Part shown: positions 30,352 to 40,009 of the stretch, one piece after another
Position numbering within the stretch: the stretch's first letter is position 1
Layout: the number at the start of each line of letters is the position of its first letter
Source: an uncultured Collinsella sp.
GTDB lineage: Bacteria > Actinomycetota > Coriobacteriia > Coriobacteriales > Coriobacteriaceae
DNA: 64,000 nucleotides
Assembly: GCA_905197665.1 (NCBI GenBank)
Contig: CAJJZP010000004.1
Span: forward strand, 48,491 to 112,490
Direction: 5' to 3'
Translations under genes and position numbers: made by a program
Notes under the pieces: model-generated
What the model was told of the DNA's origin: nothing
The model's database searches: none
Seen by the model: only the letters and a program-made list of their open reading frames with translations

Positions 30352-32252
30352 TTGAGTGTCGGGGCGTTTCCTTTAGCTATGACGGTGCCGTGTCGGCACT
30401 CGACGGTGTCGATCTGAACATCGAGGACGGGGAGTTTTTCTGCATCCTCGGTGGCAATGGGTCGGGCAAGTCGACGTTTGCCAAGCATCTGAATGCGCTG
30501 CTGCAGCCCGATGCGGGCACGGTACGTATCAACGGTATGGATGCGTCCGATCCCGAGCTGGTCTACGACATTCGTTCGACCGCAGGCATGGTGTTCCAGA
30601 ATCCCGACGACCAGCTGGTGGCAACGCTTGTCGAAGATGACGTTGCGTTCGGTCCCGAAAACCTTGGCGTGCCATCGGCGCAAATTGCGCAGCGCGTACG
30701 CGAGGCGCTGAAGGGCGTGGGCCTGGTGGGCTTTGAGCGCCACGAGACCCATGCGCTTTCGGGCGGTCAAAAGCAGCGTGTGGCGCTTGCCGGTGTGCTC
30801 GCCATGGAACCGCGCGTGCTCATTTTGGACGAGGCGTCCTCGATGCTCGATCCGCGCGGGCGCAAGGGCCTTATGAAGGCCTGTCACGTGCTGCACGAAC
30901 GCGGCATGACCATCGTGATGATTACGCACTTTATGGAAGAGGCCGCCGAGGCCGATCGTGTCGCGGTGTTTCGGGCGGGGCGCGTTGCCATGCTCGGTAC
31001 GCCCGAGGAGATTCTGACGCGGGCAGATGGGCTCGTGGAGCTCAACCTGGATATGCCGGCGTCGTGCTGCTTGGGCATGGCGCTTCGTGCGAAGGGCGTG
31101 CCCGTTCATGCGCAGGTGCGCGAGGCGGATATGGTCGCCGAGATTGCGCAGGTATATGCCGACCGGAGTGGGGAAGACACCGCAGGGCGGCCTTCTGCAT
31201 CCGATTCTCGTGTGCTCGACAACGTCTCCTCTGCAACCGACGGGACAGCCGTGTCGGAGCCCGTCATCGAGATTTCGCACCTCTCGCATAGTTACTCGCT
31301 GAGTGCCCGCGAGCGCCGCCGCTGGCATAAGCGCTCGGTCACTGCGGGCAAATCGAGCAAACAGGCTCTCTGGGGAAACGACCCCAGCAGCCCGTGGGCG
31401 CTGCGCGATGTATCGCTGACGGTGCGTCGCGGCGAGTTCCTGGGCTTGGCAGGTCATACCGGTTCGGGTAAGTCGACGCTGGTCCAGCATCTCAACGGTT
31501 TGATTCGCCCCCAGGAGGGATTCGTTCGCGCGCTGGGGCTCGATCTGTCAAACAAGAAAGACGCCGCCGCGGTTAAGGCCAAGGTCGGCGTGGTGTTTCA
31601 ATATCCCGAGCGTCAGCTGTTTGCCGAAACCGTGACGCAGGACGTGGCGTTTGGCCCGCACAACCTTGGCTTGCCGCAAGATGAAGTCGACCGTCGCGTC
31701 GAGTCGTCGCTCTCGCGCGTGGGCCTCGACCTTTCCACGGTCGGCGACAAGAGTCCCTTCGAGCTTTCGGGCGGTCAGCAACGGCGCGTGGCATTCGCCG
31801 GTGTGCTCGCCATGGAGCCCGAAGTCCTGGTGCTCGATGAACCCATGGCGGGGCTCGATCCGGCTGCGCGCAGGGATTTCCTTGAGCTTATCGATCGGCT
31901 TCACCGCGATGGCCTGACCGTTGTCATGGTTTCGCATAGTATGGATGACCTGGCCAACTGCTGCGACCGCATCGTCGTGATGAACGAAGGTGCGGTGTTT
32001 GCCGAGGGAACCCCCGCGCAGGTGTTTGCACATGCCGATGAGCTCAAGTCGATCGGCTTGGGCGTACCTGCTGCTCAGCGCATGGCGTTGGCGCTCGCGG
32101 AGGCGGGCGTGCCGCTGCGTTGCGGCGGGCTCTATACGGTTGAGTCGCTGGCCGACGAGCTGGCAGATTTGCTGATCGGTCGCTCAGACGGTCCTTCTAA
32201 CGTCGCGGACATTGCTAAATCCAAGACGGTCGCGCGAGAGGAGGGCTGCTAA
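30348..32252 (+). CDS. ecfA: ECF transporter ATPase, fused A-A' domains
   Basis: Two Walker A motifs (GGNGSGKST, GHTGSGKST); FQNPDDQ, FQYPERQLF; two LSGGQ signatures. Confidence 0.92.
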   Translation: MIECRGVSFSYDGAVSALDGVDLNIEDGEFFCILGGNGSGKSTFAKHLNALLQPDAGTVRINGMDASDPELVYDIRSTAGMVFQNPDDQLVATLVEDDVAFGPENLGVPSAQIAQRVREALKGVGLVGFERHETHALSGGQKQRVALAGVLAMEPRVLILDEASSMLDPRGRKGLMKACHVLHERGMTIVMITHFMEEAAEADRVAVFRAGRVAMLGTPEEILTRADGLVELNLDMPASCCLGMALRAKGVPVHAQVREADMVAEIAQVYADRSGEDTAGRPSASDSRVLDNVSSATDGTAVSEPVIEISHLSHSYSLSARERRRWHKRSVTAGKSSKQALWGNDPSSPWALRDVSLTVRRGEFLGLAGHTGSGKSTLVQHLNGLIRPQEGFVRALGLDLSNKKDAAAVKAKVGVVFQYPERQLFAETVTQDVAFGPHNLGLPQDEVDRRVESSLSRVGLDLSTVGDKSPFELSGGQQRRVAFAGVLAMEPEVLVLDEPMAGLDPAARRDFLELIDRLHRDGLTVVMVSHSMDDLANCCDRIVVMNEGAVFAEGTPAQVFAHADELKSIGLGVPAAQRMALALAEAGVPLRCGGLYTVESLADELADLLIGRSDGPSNVADIAKSKTVAREEGC

Positions 32253-33052
32253 TGGAGGCGTTTTCGTTTGGCAGCTACTATCCCGGCGATAGTGCGATCC
32301 ACCGCCTGGACCCGCGAACTAAGTTGCTCTTGGGCTTTGTGTTTCTGATCACGACGCTCACGGTCAGCAGCTTCCGCGGACTGGCCCCGGTCGCAATCTT
32401 CGTTGTCCTGATCTATACCGTGTCCCGGGTGCCGTTGCGCCGGGTCCTATCATCGATGGCACCATTGCTGGCGATTGTCGTGGTGGTCGCAGTGCTCAAC
32501 CTGTTTTCCGACCAGAGCGGGCGCATTCTGTGGCAGCTTGGCTTTTTGCAGATAAGCGAGGGCTCGCTGCATTCCGCCGCCTTTATGGCGTGCCGCCTGA
32601 GCTTGATGATGGCCGGCATGAGCGCCATTACGCTCACCACGCCTACGCTCGACCTCACCGCGGGCTTTGAGCGTCTGCTCGCACCGTTTGCGCGCGTGGG
32701 GCTCCCTGCGCATGAGCTCGGCATGATCATGGGCATCGCGTTGCGCTTTATGCCGCAGTTTGCCACCGAGATGAAGCAGACGGCGGACGCGCAGGCAAGC
32801 CGCGGTGCACGCGTAACGGGTGGCCCGCTCGGCGGCGTGCGTATGCTCGGCAGTGTGGCGATTCCACTGTTCACGGGCGTGTTCCGTCATGCCGAGACGT
32901 TGTCTGCCGCCATGGATGCACGCTGCTATCACGGCGAGCAGGGCCGCACGCGTCTGCATGCACTTGCATTTCGCCGCGGGGATGCGCTGGCTGCGGTTGT
33001 GACGATGCTGCTGTTTGCGTGTGTCATCGTCGTCAACCTTCAACTTGTTTAG
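32252..33052 (+). CDS. ecfT: ECF transporter T component
   Basis: HRLDPRTK, ALRFMP, AQASRG and AMDARCY motifs. Confidence 0.92.
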   Translation: MEAFSFGSYYPGDSAIHRLDPRTKLLLGFVFLITTLTVSSFRGLAPVAIFVVLIYTVSRVPLRRVLSSMAPLLAIVVVVAVLNLFSDQSGRILWQLGFLQISEGSLHSAAFMACRLSLMMAGMSAITLTTPTLDLTAGFERLLAPFARVGLPAHELGMIMGIALRFMPQFATEMKQTADAQASRGARVTGGPLGGVRMLGSVAIPLFTGVFRHAETLSAAMDARCYHGEQGRTRLHALAFRRGDALAAVVTMLLFACVIVVNLQLV

Positions 33053-33082
33053 GCGCGATTCGAGCGCAAGAAAGGGGTCCCT

Positions 33083-33529
33083 ATGACCGACAACGACCGC
33101 ACGGCTCAGCTTGAGCGCGCCTGTTCGTATCTCAGGCGCATTCCGGCGTGGTATCTGGCCACGACCGATGTGACCGACGGGCATCAGCCTCGCGTGAGGC
33201 CGTTTTCGTTTGCCATGGTCGATGACGGTAAGCTGTGGTTTTGCACCTCGCGCGATAAGGACGTGTGGGCCGAGCTCAGCACGAATCCCAAGTTTGAGCT
33301 CTCGGGCTGGAAGCCGGGGGAATGTTGGATCGTGTTGACCGGCGAGGCCGCACTTGAGGACGACGCGGTTGCGAGCGACAAGGTGCGTCAAGCGGGTTTT
33401 AAGCACATGGTGGGCATCGGCGAGGAACACGAGAGTGCCAACGACGGCCGCCTTGCTTTCTTTTCGGTCCGCAACATTGCCGCGCGCTTCTGTGATATCG
33501 ACGGCAGCGAGGAGCGCCTGGAGCTCTAG
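33083..33529 (+). CDS. Pyridoxamine 5'-phosphate oxidase-like FMN-binding split-barrel protein
   Basis: YLAT...QPRVRPF...DGKLWFCT...KDV..EL..NP. Confidence 0.8.
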   Translation: MTDNDRTAQLERACSYLRRIPAWYLATTDVTDGHQPRVRPFSFAMVDDGKLWFCTSRDKDVWAELSTNPKFELSGWKPGECWIVLTGEAALEDDAVASDKVRQAGFKHMVGIGEEHESANDGRLAFFSVRNIAARFCDIDGSEERLEL

Positions 33530-33580
33530 AGCGTCTCAAATTAACTACCCGTTCCGAATTAGCTAGCGCCAGGAGGACAC

Positions 33581-33991
33581 ATGGACGGATTGAATACGGT
33601 GTTGGAGTATCTGACGTCGGTGCCGGCATGGTATTTGGCGACGAGCGTTGACGGACAGCCTCATGTGCGTCCGTTTTCGTTTGCGCAGATCCAGGACGGC
33701 AAGCTGTGGTTTGTAACAGCGCGCACCAAAGATGTGTGGCAAGAGCTGCTGCAAAACCAGCGCTTTGAGGCCACGAGTTGGTGGCCGGGCCATGGCTGGC
33801 TCATCTTGCGCGGGCGTGCCGGCTTGGATGACCGGGCTTTAGGCGAAATGCGCGAAGCTGGGTGGAAGCATCTAGAGCGCCTGGGCGAGCACTATGAGGG
33901 GCCTAACGACCCCACGCTCGTCTTCTTTAGCGTCGAGGATCCCGAGGCTTTTATCTGCAATCACGAAGAATGGGTGCCGGTCGAGCTCTAG
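33581..33991 (+). CDS. PNPOx-like FMN-binding split-barrel protein (paralog)
   Basis: YLATSVDGQPHVRPF...DGKLWF.T...KDV..EL..N. Confidence 0.8.
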   Translation: MDGLNTVLEYLTSVPAWYLATSVDGQPHVRPFSFAQIQDGKLWFVTARTKDVWQELLQNQRFEATSWWPGHGWLILRGRAGLDDRALGEMREAGWKHLERLGEHYEGPNDPTLVFFSVEDPEAFICNHEEWVPVEL

Positions 33992-34125
33992 CCAGCTGGC
34001 TCATCCTAACAACTTGGTTTTCGCATGGGCGGGCCCCGTATGGCCCGGCGCCGTTAGGAGCGCCGGTCAATACGGGGCCCGCTCCATTTGTCAATTCCTT
34101 CAAGCGAATGTGTCGGGAATGTTTC

Positions 34126-34164
34126 AATGCATGAATATGCAAGCCATTTACGTATTCATGCATC
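34126..34164. promoter_or_regulatory. Tandem ARG boxes (ArgR operator)
   Basis: TGCAT-gaat-ATGCA (34128-34141) and TaCgT-attc-ATGCA (34149-34162), 21 bp apart, upstream of argC. Confidence 0.8.
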
Positions 34165-34248
34165 TTTTGGTGCTAAAGTTTCAACCCACTTCATAACGAC
34201 TGCTGCGAAATGCGCATCGGTGCATAAATCGCAGACAAGGAGTCTGAT

Positions 34249-35319
34249 ATGTCTTTGAAGGTTGGAATCGTCGGCGCGGCTGGATATGCCGGAGCCGAGC
34301 TCATTCGCCTCGTCCTCGGTCATCCCGAGTTTGAACTTGCTGCCATTACGTCCAACGCCGATGCCGGCCAGCCGTTGTCTGCGGTGTACCCGAGCTTCAC
34401 CGGCGTAAGCGATCTTGTCTTTACGACGCATGATGCCCCTGAGCTCAAGAACTGCGACGCGGTCTTTTTGGCCGTGCCGCACACGGCTGCCATGGCACAG
34501 GTGCCCGCGCTGCTTGCATCGGGCGTCTCCTGCTTTGATCTTTCGGCCGACTACCGTCTGAACGACGCGTCCGTTTTTGAGGCTTGGTATGCCGCCGAGC
34601 ATACGAGCCCCGAGCTGCTCAAGACCCGTGCCTTCGGTCTGCCCGAGCTGTTCTGCCAGGACTTGGAGACCGCCGCATCCGACCATGCCGACGGCAAGCC
34701 CGTGCTGGTCGCCTGCGCCGGTTGCTATCCCACCGCAACGAGCCTTGCCGCCGCGCCCGCCGTGCGCGCGGGCTGGGTGGCCGAGAACGGCCCCGTGATT
34801 GTCGATGCCATTAGCGGCGTGACGGGCGCCGGTAAGTCCTGCAACGCCCGCACCCATTTTTGCAGCGCCGACGAGAACTTGGAGGCCTACGGCGTGGGCA
34901 AGCATCGCCACACGCCCGAGATTGAGCAAATCCTTGGCCTGACCGATCGCGTCGTCTTTACCCCGCACCTGGCACCGCTCAAGCGCGGTCTGCTCTCCAC
35001 GGTGACGCTGCCGCTCGCGCCGCAGGCTCTCGACACGCTGGCTCTTGAGGATGTCGTCGACCATTACAAGCAGTTCTACGCCGGTCGCACCTTTGTGCGC
35101 GTGCTCGATGCCGGCCAGCAGCCCAAGACGGCTTCGGTCGTCGGCACCAACGCTGCCCAGATTGGCCTCGCGCTCAACAAGCGCGCGGGCGTGCTGGTGG
35201 CGACGGGCGCCATCGACAATCTGTGCAAGGGCGCTGCGGGCCAAGCGGTCCAGTGCGCCAATATCGTCTTTGGCTTTGACGAGCGACGAGGCTTGCCCAC
35301 AGTGGCGTGCCCGGTGTAG
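34249..35319 (+). CDS. argC: N-acetyl-gamma-glutamyl-phosphate reductase
   Basis: GAAGYAG, DLSADYR, GCY, HRHTPEI and DNLCKGAAGQAVQ motifs. Confidence 0.96.
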   Translation: MSLKVGIVGAAGYAGAELIRLVLGHPEFELAAITSNADAGQPLSAVYPSFTGVSDLVFTTHDAPELKNCDAVFLAVPHTAAMAQVPALLASGVSCFDLSADYRLNDASVFEAWYAAEHTSPELLKTRAFGLPELFCQDLETAASDHADGKPVLVACAGCYPTATSLAAAPAVRAGWVAENGPVIVDAISGVTGAGKSCNARTHFCSADENLEAYGVGKHRHTPEIEQILGLTDRVVFTPHLAPLKRGLLSTVTLPLAPQALDTLALEDVVDHYKQFYAGRTFVRVLDAGQQPKTASVVGTNAAQIGLALNKRAGVLVATGAIDNLCKGAAGQAVQCANIVFGFDERRGLPTVACPV

Positions 35320-35453
35320 CACATTCGATTGTTAACGATTTGGTAGTCGGGCATCGAGTGGGGCGCCACTCTTAAGCTGGTTTCATGATCACGACTGGCA
35401 TGGCGCACCAACCGATGTCCGTTTTTTGTTTGACATAAGGAGTCATAAAGACG

Positions 35454-36722
35454 ATGAATACCGAGCTGTTTGATATCAAGATTCGCGCCGTCGAGGGTGG
35501 CGTTACGGCTGCGGCTGGTTTTAAGGCTGCAGGCATCCACGCTGGGTTCCGCAAGAACCCCGAGCGTCTGGATTACGCGCTCGTCGTGCCCGATAAACCC
35601 TGTCCCGGTGCTGGCGTGTTTACCGCCAATCGCTTTTGCGCGGCGCCCGTGCAGGTGAGCCGTGCCAACCTGGGCGGTACCGACAAGGGGTACGGTATCA
35701 TCGCCGGCATTTCGGTCAACTCTGGCAATGCCAACGCCGCCACGGGTGAGACCGGCCTTGCATGCGCGCGCGAGACGTGCAGCATCGCATCGCAGGTCAT
35801 CGGCTGCGAGCCTCAGCAGATTCTGGTTGCCTCCACGGGTGTAATTGGCCAGATTCTGCCGATCGACACGTTTGAGACCGCCATTCCTGCTGCCTACGAG
35901 GCGCTCTCCGCCCACGGTGGCGCCGATGCCGCTCGCGCCATCATGACGACCGACACGCACTCCAAGGAGTACGCCGTGTCCTACGTCAGTGAGGCTGCGG
36001 GTCATGCGGGCAATGTCTATACGGTAGGCGGAATGTGCAAGGGCTCGGGCATGATCATGCCCAACATGGCCACCATGATCGCAGTTATCACTACCGATGC
36101 CCCCGTCGAGCCTGCGGCACTTCATGCCCTGCTGCTCTCGACCGTCAAGCAGACCTTTAACAAGGTAACGGTCGATTCCGACACCTCGACCAACGACACC
36201 TGCACCATGCTTGCCTCCGGTGCCGCTGCCGCAGATGCCGAGCCTATCGTCGAGGGCTCCGATGCCTTTGACGAGTTGACATTTGCCGTGCACGAGGTGT
36301 GCGAGAGCCTGGCGCGCAATATCGCCGCCGATGGTGAGGGCGCATCCAAGCTTGTTACGGTCAACGTTACCGGCGCCGTGAACGACGAGGAGGCCGATAT
36401 CGCCGCCCGCGCCGTTGCCAACTCGCCGCTCGTTAAGACCTGCATCGCCGGCCATGACTGCAATTGGGGCCGCGTTGCCATGGCGCTCGGTAAGTGCGGC
36501 GTGAAATTTAATCAGGAAGACGTTTCCATCGACATGATGGGCATGCCTGTCTGTCGCGACGGTCTGACTGTTCCCTTCGATGAGGACGAGGCCCTGCGAC
36601 GTTTTGAGGTGCCCGAGATTGTGATCTCGGCCGACCTGGGCGCAGGCGATGCGGCAACGACCGTCTGGACCTGCGACCTCACGCACGAGTACATCTCGAT
36701 CAACGGCGACTACCGTTCCTAA
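35454..36722 (+). CDS. argJ: Ornithine acetyltransferase
   Basis: NSGNANA.TG, KGSGMI.PNMATM, DTSTND and DGEGA motifs. Confidence 0.96.
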   Translation: MNTELFDIKIRAVEGGVTAAAGFKAAGIHAGFRKNPERLDYALVVPDKPCPGAGVFTANRFCAAPVQVSRANLGGTDKGYGIIAGISVNSGNANAATGETGLACARETCSIASQVIGCEPQQILVASTGVIGQILPIDTFETAIPAAYEALSAHGGADAARAIMTTDTHSKEYAVSYVSEAAGHAGNVYTVGGMCKGSGMIMPNMATMIAVITTDAPVEPAALHALLLSTVKQTFNKVTVDSDTSTNDTCTMLASGAAAADAEPIVEGSDAFDELTFAVHEVCESLARNIAADGEGASKLVTVNVTGAVNDEEADIAARAVANSPLVKTCIAGHDCNWGRVAMALGKCGVKFNQEDVSIDMMGMPVCRDGLTVPFDEDEALRRFEVPEIVISADLGAGDAATTVWTCDLTHEYISINGDYRS

Positions 36723-36803
36723 ACTCCAGGCGCGCTGTGCATCTCGTCGCGATTGCGGACGGCGGAGCACGGCGCGATAACGATACGAAAGACGAGGCAG
36801 ACT

Positions 36804-37784
36804 ATGAAATTCGCACGCGATTGTCGCTCGAGTGAATCCAACGAGGCAACCGCGCAGCTGCTGTTTGAGGCGCTGCCGTGGATTAAAAACCTGACCGGCA
36901 AGACGGTCGTTATCAAGTATGGCGGAGCCGCCATGGTCGACGAGCAGCTGCGCCGCGACGTGATGAGTGACATCGTCCTGCTTAAGATCATCGGCATGCG
37001 CCCCGTTATCGTGCATGGCGGCGGCAAGGCCATCAATGAGGCGTTGAGCCACTATGACATCCCTGTCGAGTTTAAGAACGGCCAGCGTGTGACCACGCCG
37101 GCGACCATGGATATCGTGCGCGAGGTGCTGGGCGGCAAGGTCAACCAGGAGCTGGTCGCTGCCATCAACCGGCACGGCAACCTGGCCGTGGGCGTGTCGG
37201 GCAGCGATGCCGGCACGCTCATCGCCGAGCCGCTCGACCCCGAGCTCGGTCGCGTGGGCAAGGTCGCGCACGTCAACACCGACTATATCGAGCGCTTGCT
37301 CGATAGCGAGTACATTCCCGTCATCGCTACCGTTGCGGCGGGGGAGGACGGCGGCTTCTTTAACATCAACGCCGACACCGCCGCCGGTGCTGTTGCGGCG
37401 GCGCTCCATGCGCATAAGGTGATCTTCCTTACCGACGTCGATGGCCTGTATAAGGACTTTAGCGACAAGGATTCGCTTATCTCCAACCTGACGCTCGACG
37501 AGGTCAATGAGATGCTCTACGGCGGCGAGGTCGATAAGGGCATGATTCCCAAGCTGCGCGCGGCCGTCGATGCGCTTGCCGGCGGTGTATTTCGTGCCCA
37601 CATCATCAACGGCACCACGCCGCATTCGCTGCTGCTGGAGCTGCTGACCGATGCCGGCGTCGGTACCGTGATCCATTCCACCGAGACGGCTTACGAGTTC
37701 GATACGCATCCGCATCCGCTTTCGACGTTTGCTGCGCGTCTGACCGAGAACCTCGACGAGGTCGAGAAGCTTCAGACGGTCTAA
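36804..37784 (+). CDS. argB: Acetylglutamate kinase
   Basis: VIKYGGAAM, VHGGG, NINADTAA and GMIPKL motifs. Confidence 0.96.
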   Translation: MKFARDCRSSESNEATAQLLFEALPWIKNLTGKTVVIKYGGAAMVDEQLRRDVMSDIVLLKIIGMRPVIVHGGGKAINEALSHYDIPVEFKNGQRVTTPATMDIVREVLGGKVNQELVAAINRHGNLAVGVSGSDAGTLIAEPLDPELGRVGKVAHVNTDYIERLLDSEYIPVIATVAAGEDGGFFNINADTAAGAVAAALHAHKVIFLTDVDGLYKDFSDKDSLISNLTLDEVNEMLYGGEVDKGMIPKLRAAVDALAGGVFRAHIINGTTPHSLLLELLTDAGVGTVIHSTETAYEFDTHPHPLSTFAARLTENLDEVEKLQTV

Positions 37785-37853
37785 CTGACTCGCAGCCGCC
37801 CCATTCCTGCACCCATAGGCCTGCGCCGTCTGGCGCCCAACGAAAGGCATCCC

Positions 37854-39137
37854 ATGTCACTTGCAGCTCAGCAATCGCTTGAATCCCATTACGTTATGCA
37901 TACCTTTGGCCGCTCTCCGGTCGAGTTTGTCGAGGGTCACGGCATGAAGCTCACCGGCGACGATGGTCGTGAGTACCTCGACTTTCTTGCCGGCATCGGC
38001 GTGTGCAGCCTAGGTCATGGTGACCCGGCCGTGCTCTCGGCGCTCGAGGCACAGACCAAAAAGCTCATGCATGTCTCCAATTACTTCTACATTGAGCAGC
38101 GCGGACAGGTCGCGGCGCTGCTGTCCAAGCTTGCTAACGACGACGTAGATGGTGCGCGCGTGCTTGCCGATGCCATTGCCGCCGGCGATGAGACCACGGC
38201 AGCTGCTCTTGGTGCCCCGGCTGCGGATGAGCAGGTTTGGGAGACCTTCTTTGCCAACTCCGGCGCTGAGGCCAACGAGGGCTCGATGAAGCTCGCGCGC
38301 CTGTACGCCAAACGTGCCGGTAACGGCGGCAACACTATCGTGTGCATGCGCGGCGGCTTCCACGGCCGTACGCTCGAGACCATTGCCGCCACCATGCAGG
38401 ATTGGCTGCAGGATAGTTTCCGCCCGCTGCCGGGTGGCTTTGTGGCCTGCACGCCCAACGATATCGATGAACTGCGTGCGATCTTTAAGCAGCTGGGGAG
38501 CGAAATTTGTGCCGTGATGCTCGAGCCGATCCAGGGTGAGAGCGGCGTGCACCCCATGACCGAGGAGTTTATGGCGGCAGCGCACGACCTGGCACACGAA
38601 GTGGGCGCCGTGCTTATCGCCGACGAGGTCCAGTGCGGCATCTTCCGCTCCGGCAAGCCGTTTGCATTCCAAACCTATGGCGTGGAACCCGACATCATGA
38701 GCCTTGCCAAGGGCATTGCTGATGGCGTGCCCATGGGTGCCGTCGTGGCAAAGAAGGAGATTGCCGACGTGTTTAAGCCGGGCGACCACGGCTCGACCTT
38801 TGGCGGTAGCTGCTTGGCCATCGCGGCGTGTGCCGCGACGCTCTCCGCGCTCGTGCACGGCGATTATGCCGACCATGTTGCCAAGGTAGGCGCCTATATG
38901 GAGGCAAAGCTCGCCAAGCTGCCGAACGTGACCGAGGTGCGTGGCCGCGGCTTGATGCTCGGCTGCGATCTGGACGATACTGTGGGTGATGCACACGACG
39001 TTGTGGCCCGTGCATTGGGGGCTGGTGCCGTGATTAACGCTACGGGTGCCCATACGCTGCGTTTCTTGCCGCCGCTCGTCTGCGAGGAAGCCGACGTGGA
39101 CAGTCTGATCGAGATCCTGTCGGACGTTTTGGCCTAA
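37854..39137 (+). CDS. argD: Acetylornithine aminotransferase
   Basis: NSGAEANE, FHGRT, EPIQGE, DEVQ.G, AKG and HGSTFGG motifs. Confidence 0.95.
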   Translation: MSLAAQQSLESHYVMHTFGRSPVEFVEGHGMKLTGDDGREYLDFLAGIGVCSLGHGDPAVLSALEAQTKKLMHVSNYFYIEQRGQVAALLSKLANDDVDGARVLADAIAAGDETTAAALGAPAADEQVWETFFANSGAEANEGSMKLARLYAKRAGNGGNTIVCMRGGFHGRTLETIAATMQDWLQDSFRPLPGGFVACTPNDIDELRAIFKQLGSEICAVMLEPIQGESGVHPMTEEFMAAAHDLAHEVGAVLIADEVQCGIFRSGKPFAFQTYGVEPDIMSLAKGIADGVPMGAVVAKKEIADVFKPGDHGSTFGGSCLAIAACAATLSALVHGDYADHVAKVGAYMEAKLAKLPNVTEVRGRGLMLGCDLDDTVGDAHDVVARALGAGAVINATGAHTLRFLPPLVCEEADVDSLIEILSDVLA

Positions 39138-39272
39138 CACAGCGAAATAACTTAACTTTGACCGGGTTCCGGACTGCGGACGTGCCCTATGTGGCATGAT
39201 TCAGCGGTCTGGAGCCCGTTTTGCCTTAGATTTGCTAAGGCGGGGAGACCTGCTGGTCAAATAACATTAAAT

Positions 39273-39451
39273 ATGAGTACTGTTACCGATTTGGTCGCAG
39301 CAATTTTGGACTAATAAGACCAGATGGCAAGTCGAAATGGCGATGAATGCACGATTTTGATCCAATTGCTAGTCCTTATAATGGACATATGTTTCGTAAC
39401 TTAAGCAAATACTATCTTTTGATATGTTGTAAGCAAGGTGGCAGTACTCAT
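39273..39451. repeat. AT-rich segment bounded by 15-bp imperfect inverted repeats
   Basis: atgagtactgttacc / ggtggcagtactcat (13/15 complementary). Confidence 0.55.
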
Positions 39452-39490
39452 TTTTGCCATTTTCTGGCCACGGCCTTTGTGACAGTCGTG

Positions 39491-39764
39491 CTGGCGGGTT
39501 CGAATCCCATGAAATGGGCCCAAAAAAGAAAGGCTCCCATTGCTGGGAGCCTATCAAATCAGTGGTGGGCGATGAGGGATGTCGCGTGCGGCTGACGCCG
39601 CCCGCTTTCGCTTCGGGCCTGCGGCCCTCGCGTGCTGCGCTGGAAAACGTTTCGCGTTTCCTCAGCTTCGCACCCTGTCGGGTTCGAATCCCATGCGCTG
39701 GGCCCAAACAAAAACGGTCCCCTTGCGAGGACCGTTTCCAATTCAATGGTGGGCGATGAGGGAT
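39491..39764. repeat. tRNA-Val-linked repeat including a duplicated tRNA 3' end
   Basis: tggtgggcgatgagggat at 39563-39580 equals 39747-39764; cgggttcgaatcccatg...tgggcccaaa occurs twice, 184 bp apart. Confidence 0.85.
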
Positions 39765-39822
39765 TCGAACCCCCAGCCTTGTGCGTGTAAAGCACCTGCG
39801 CTAACCGTTGCGCCAATCGCCC
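39747..39822 (-). tRNA. tRNA-Val (TAC)
   Basis: gggcgattggcgcaacggttagcgcaggtgctTTACACgcacaaggctgggggttcgaatccctcatcgcccacca; cloverleaf with encoded CCA. Confidence 0.95.
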
Positions 39823-40009
39823 GTGCGGAGAGAGTATAGCAAAACAATCGCCTCATTCACCTCATATCCATTAAAGGTAACCGACGCGTGTCACAGCGGA
39901 GCTGATTCAGTTGAGATTGCCTGAACATTCCGCCCCTCTTTACGCCCTCGGGTATACTCAAAAGCTACTGATTCGATTTGATGCCCAGCAACAGCAGAGG
40001 GGATAGTAT

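Noticed and set aside
35076..39197. 924-aa and 395-aa ORFs antisense to arg genes
   Set aside because: Shadow frames of well-supported genes.
39563..39746. Second tRNA or intact integrative element
   Set aside because: Only 18 nt of the tRNA 3' end; no cloverleaf and no integrase.
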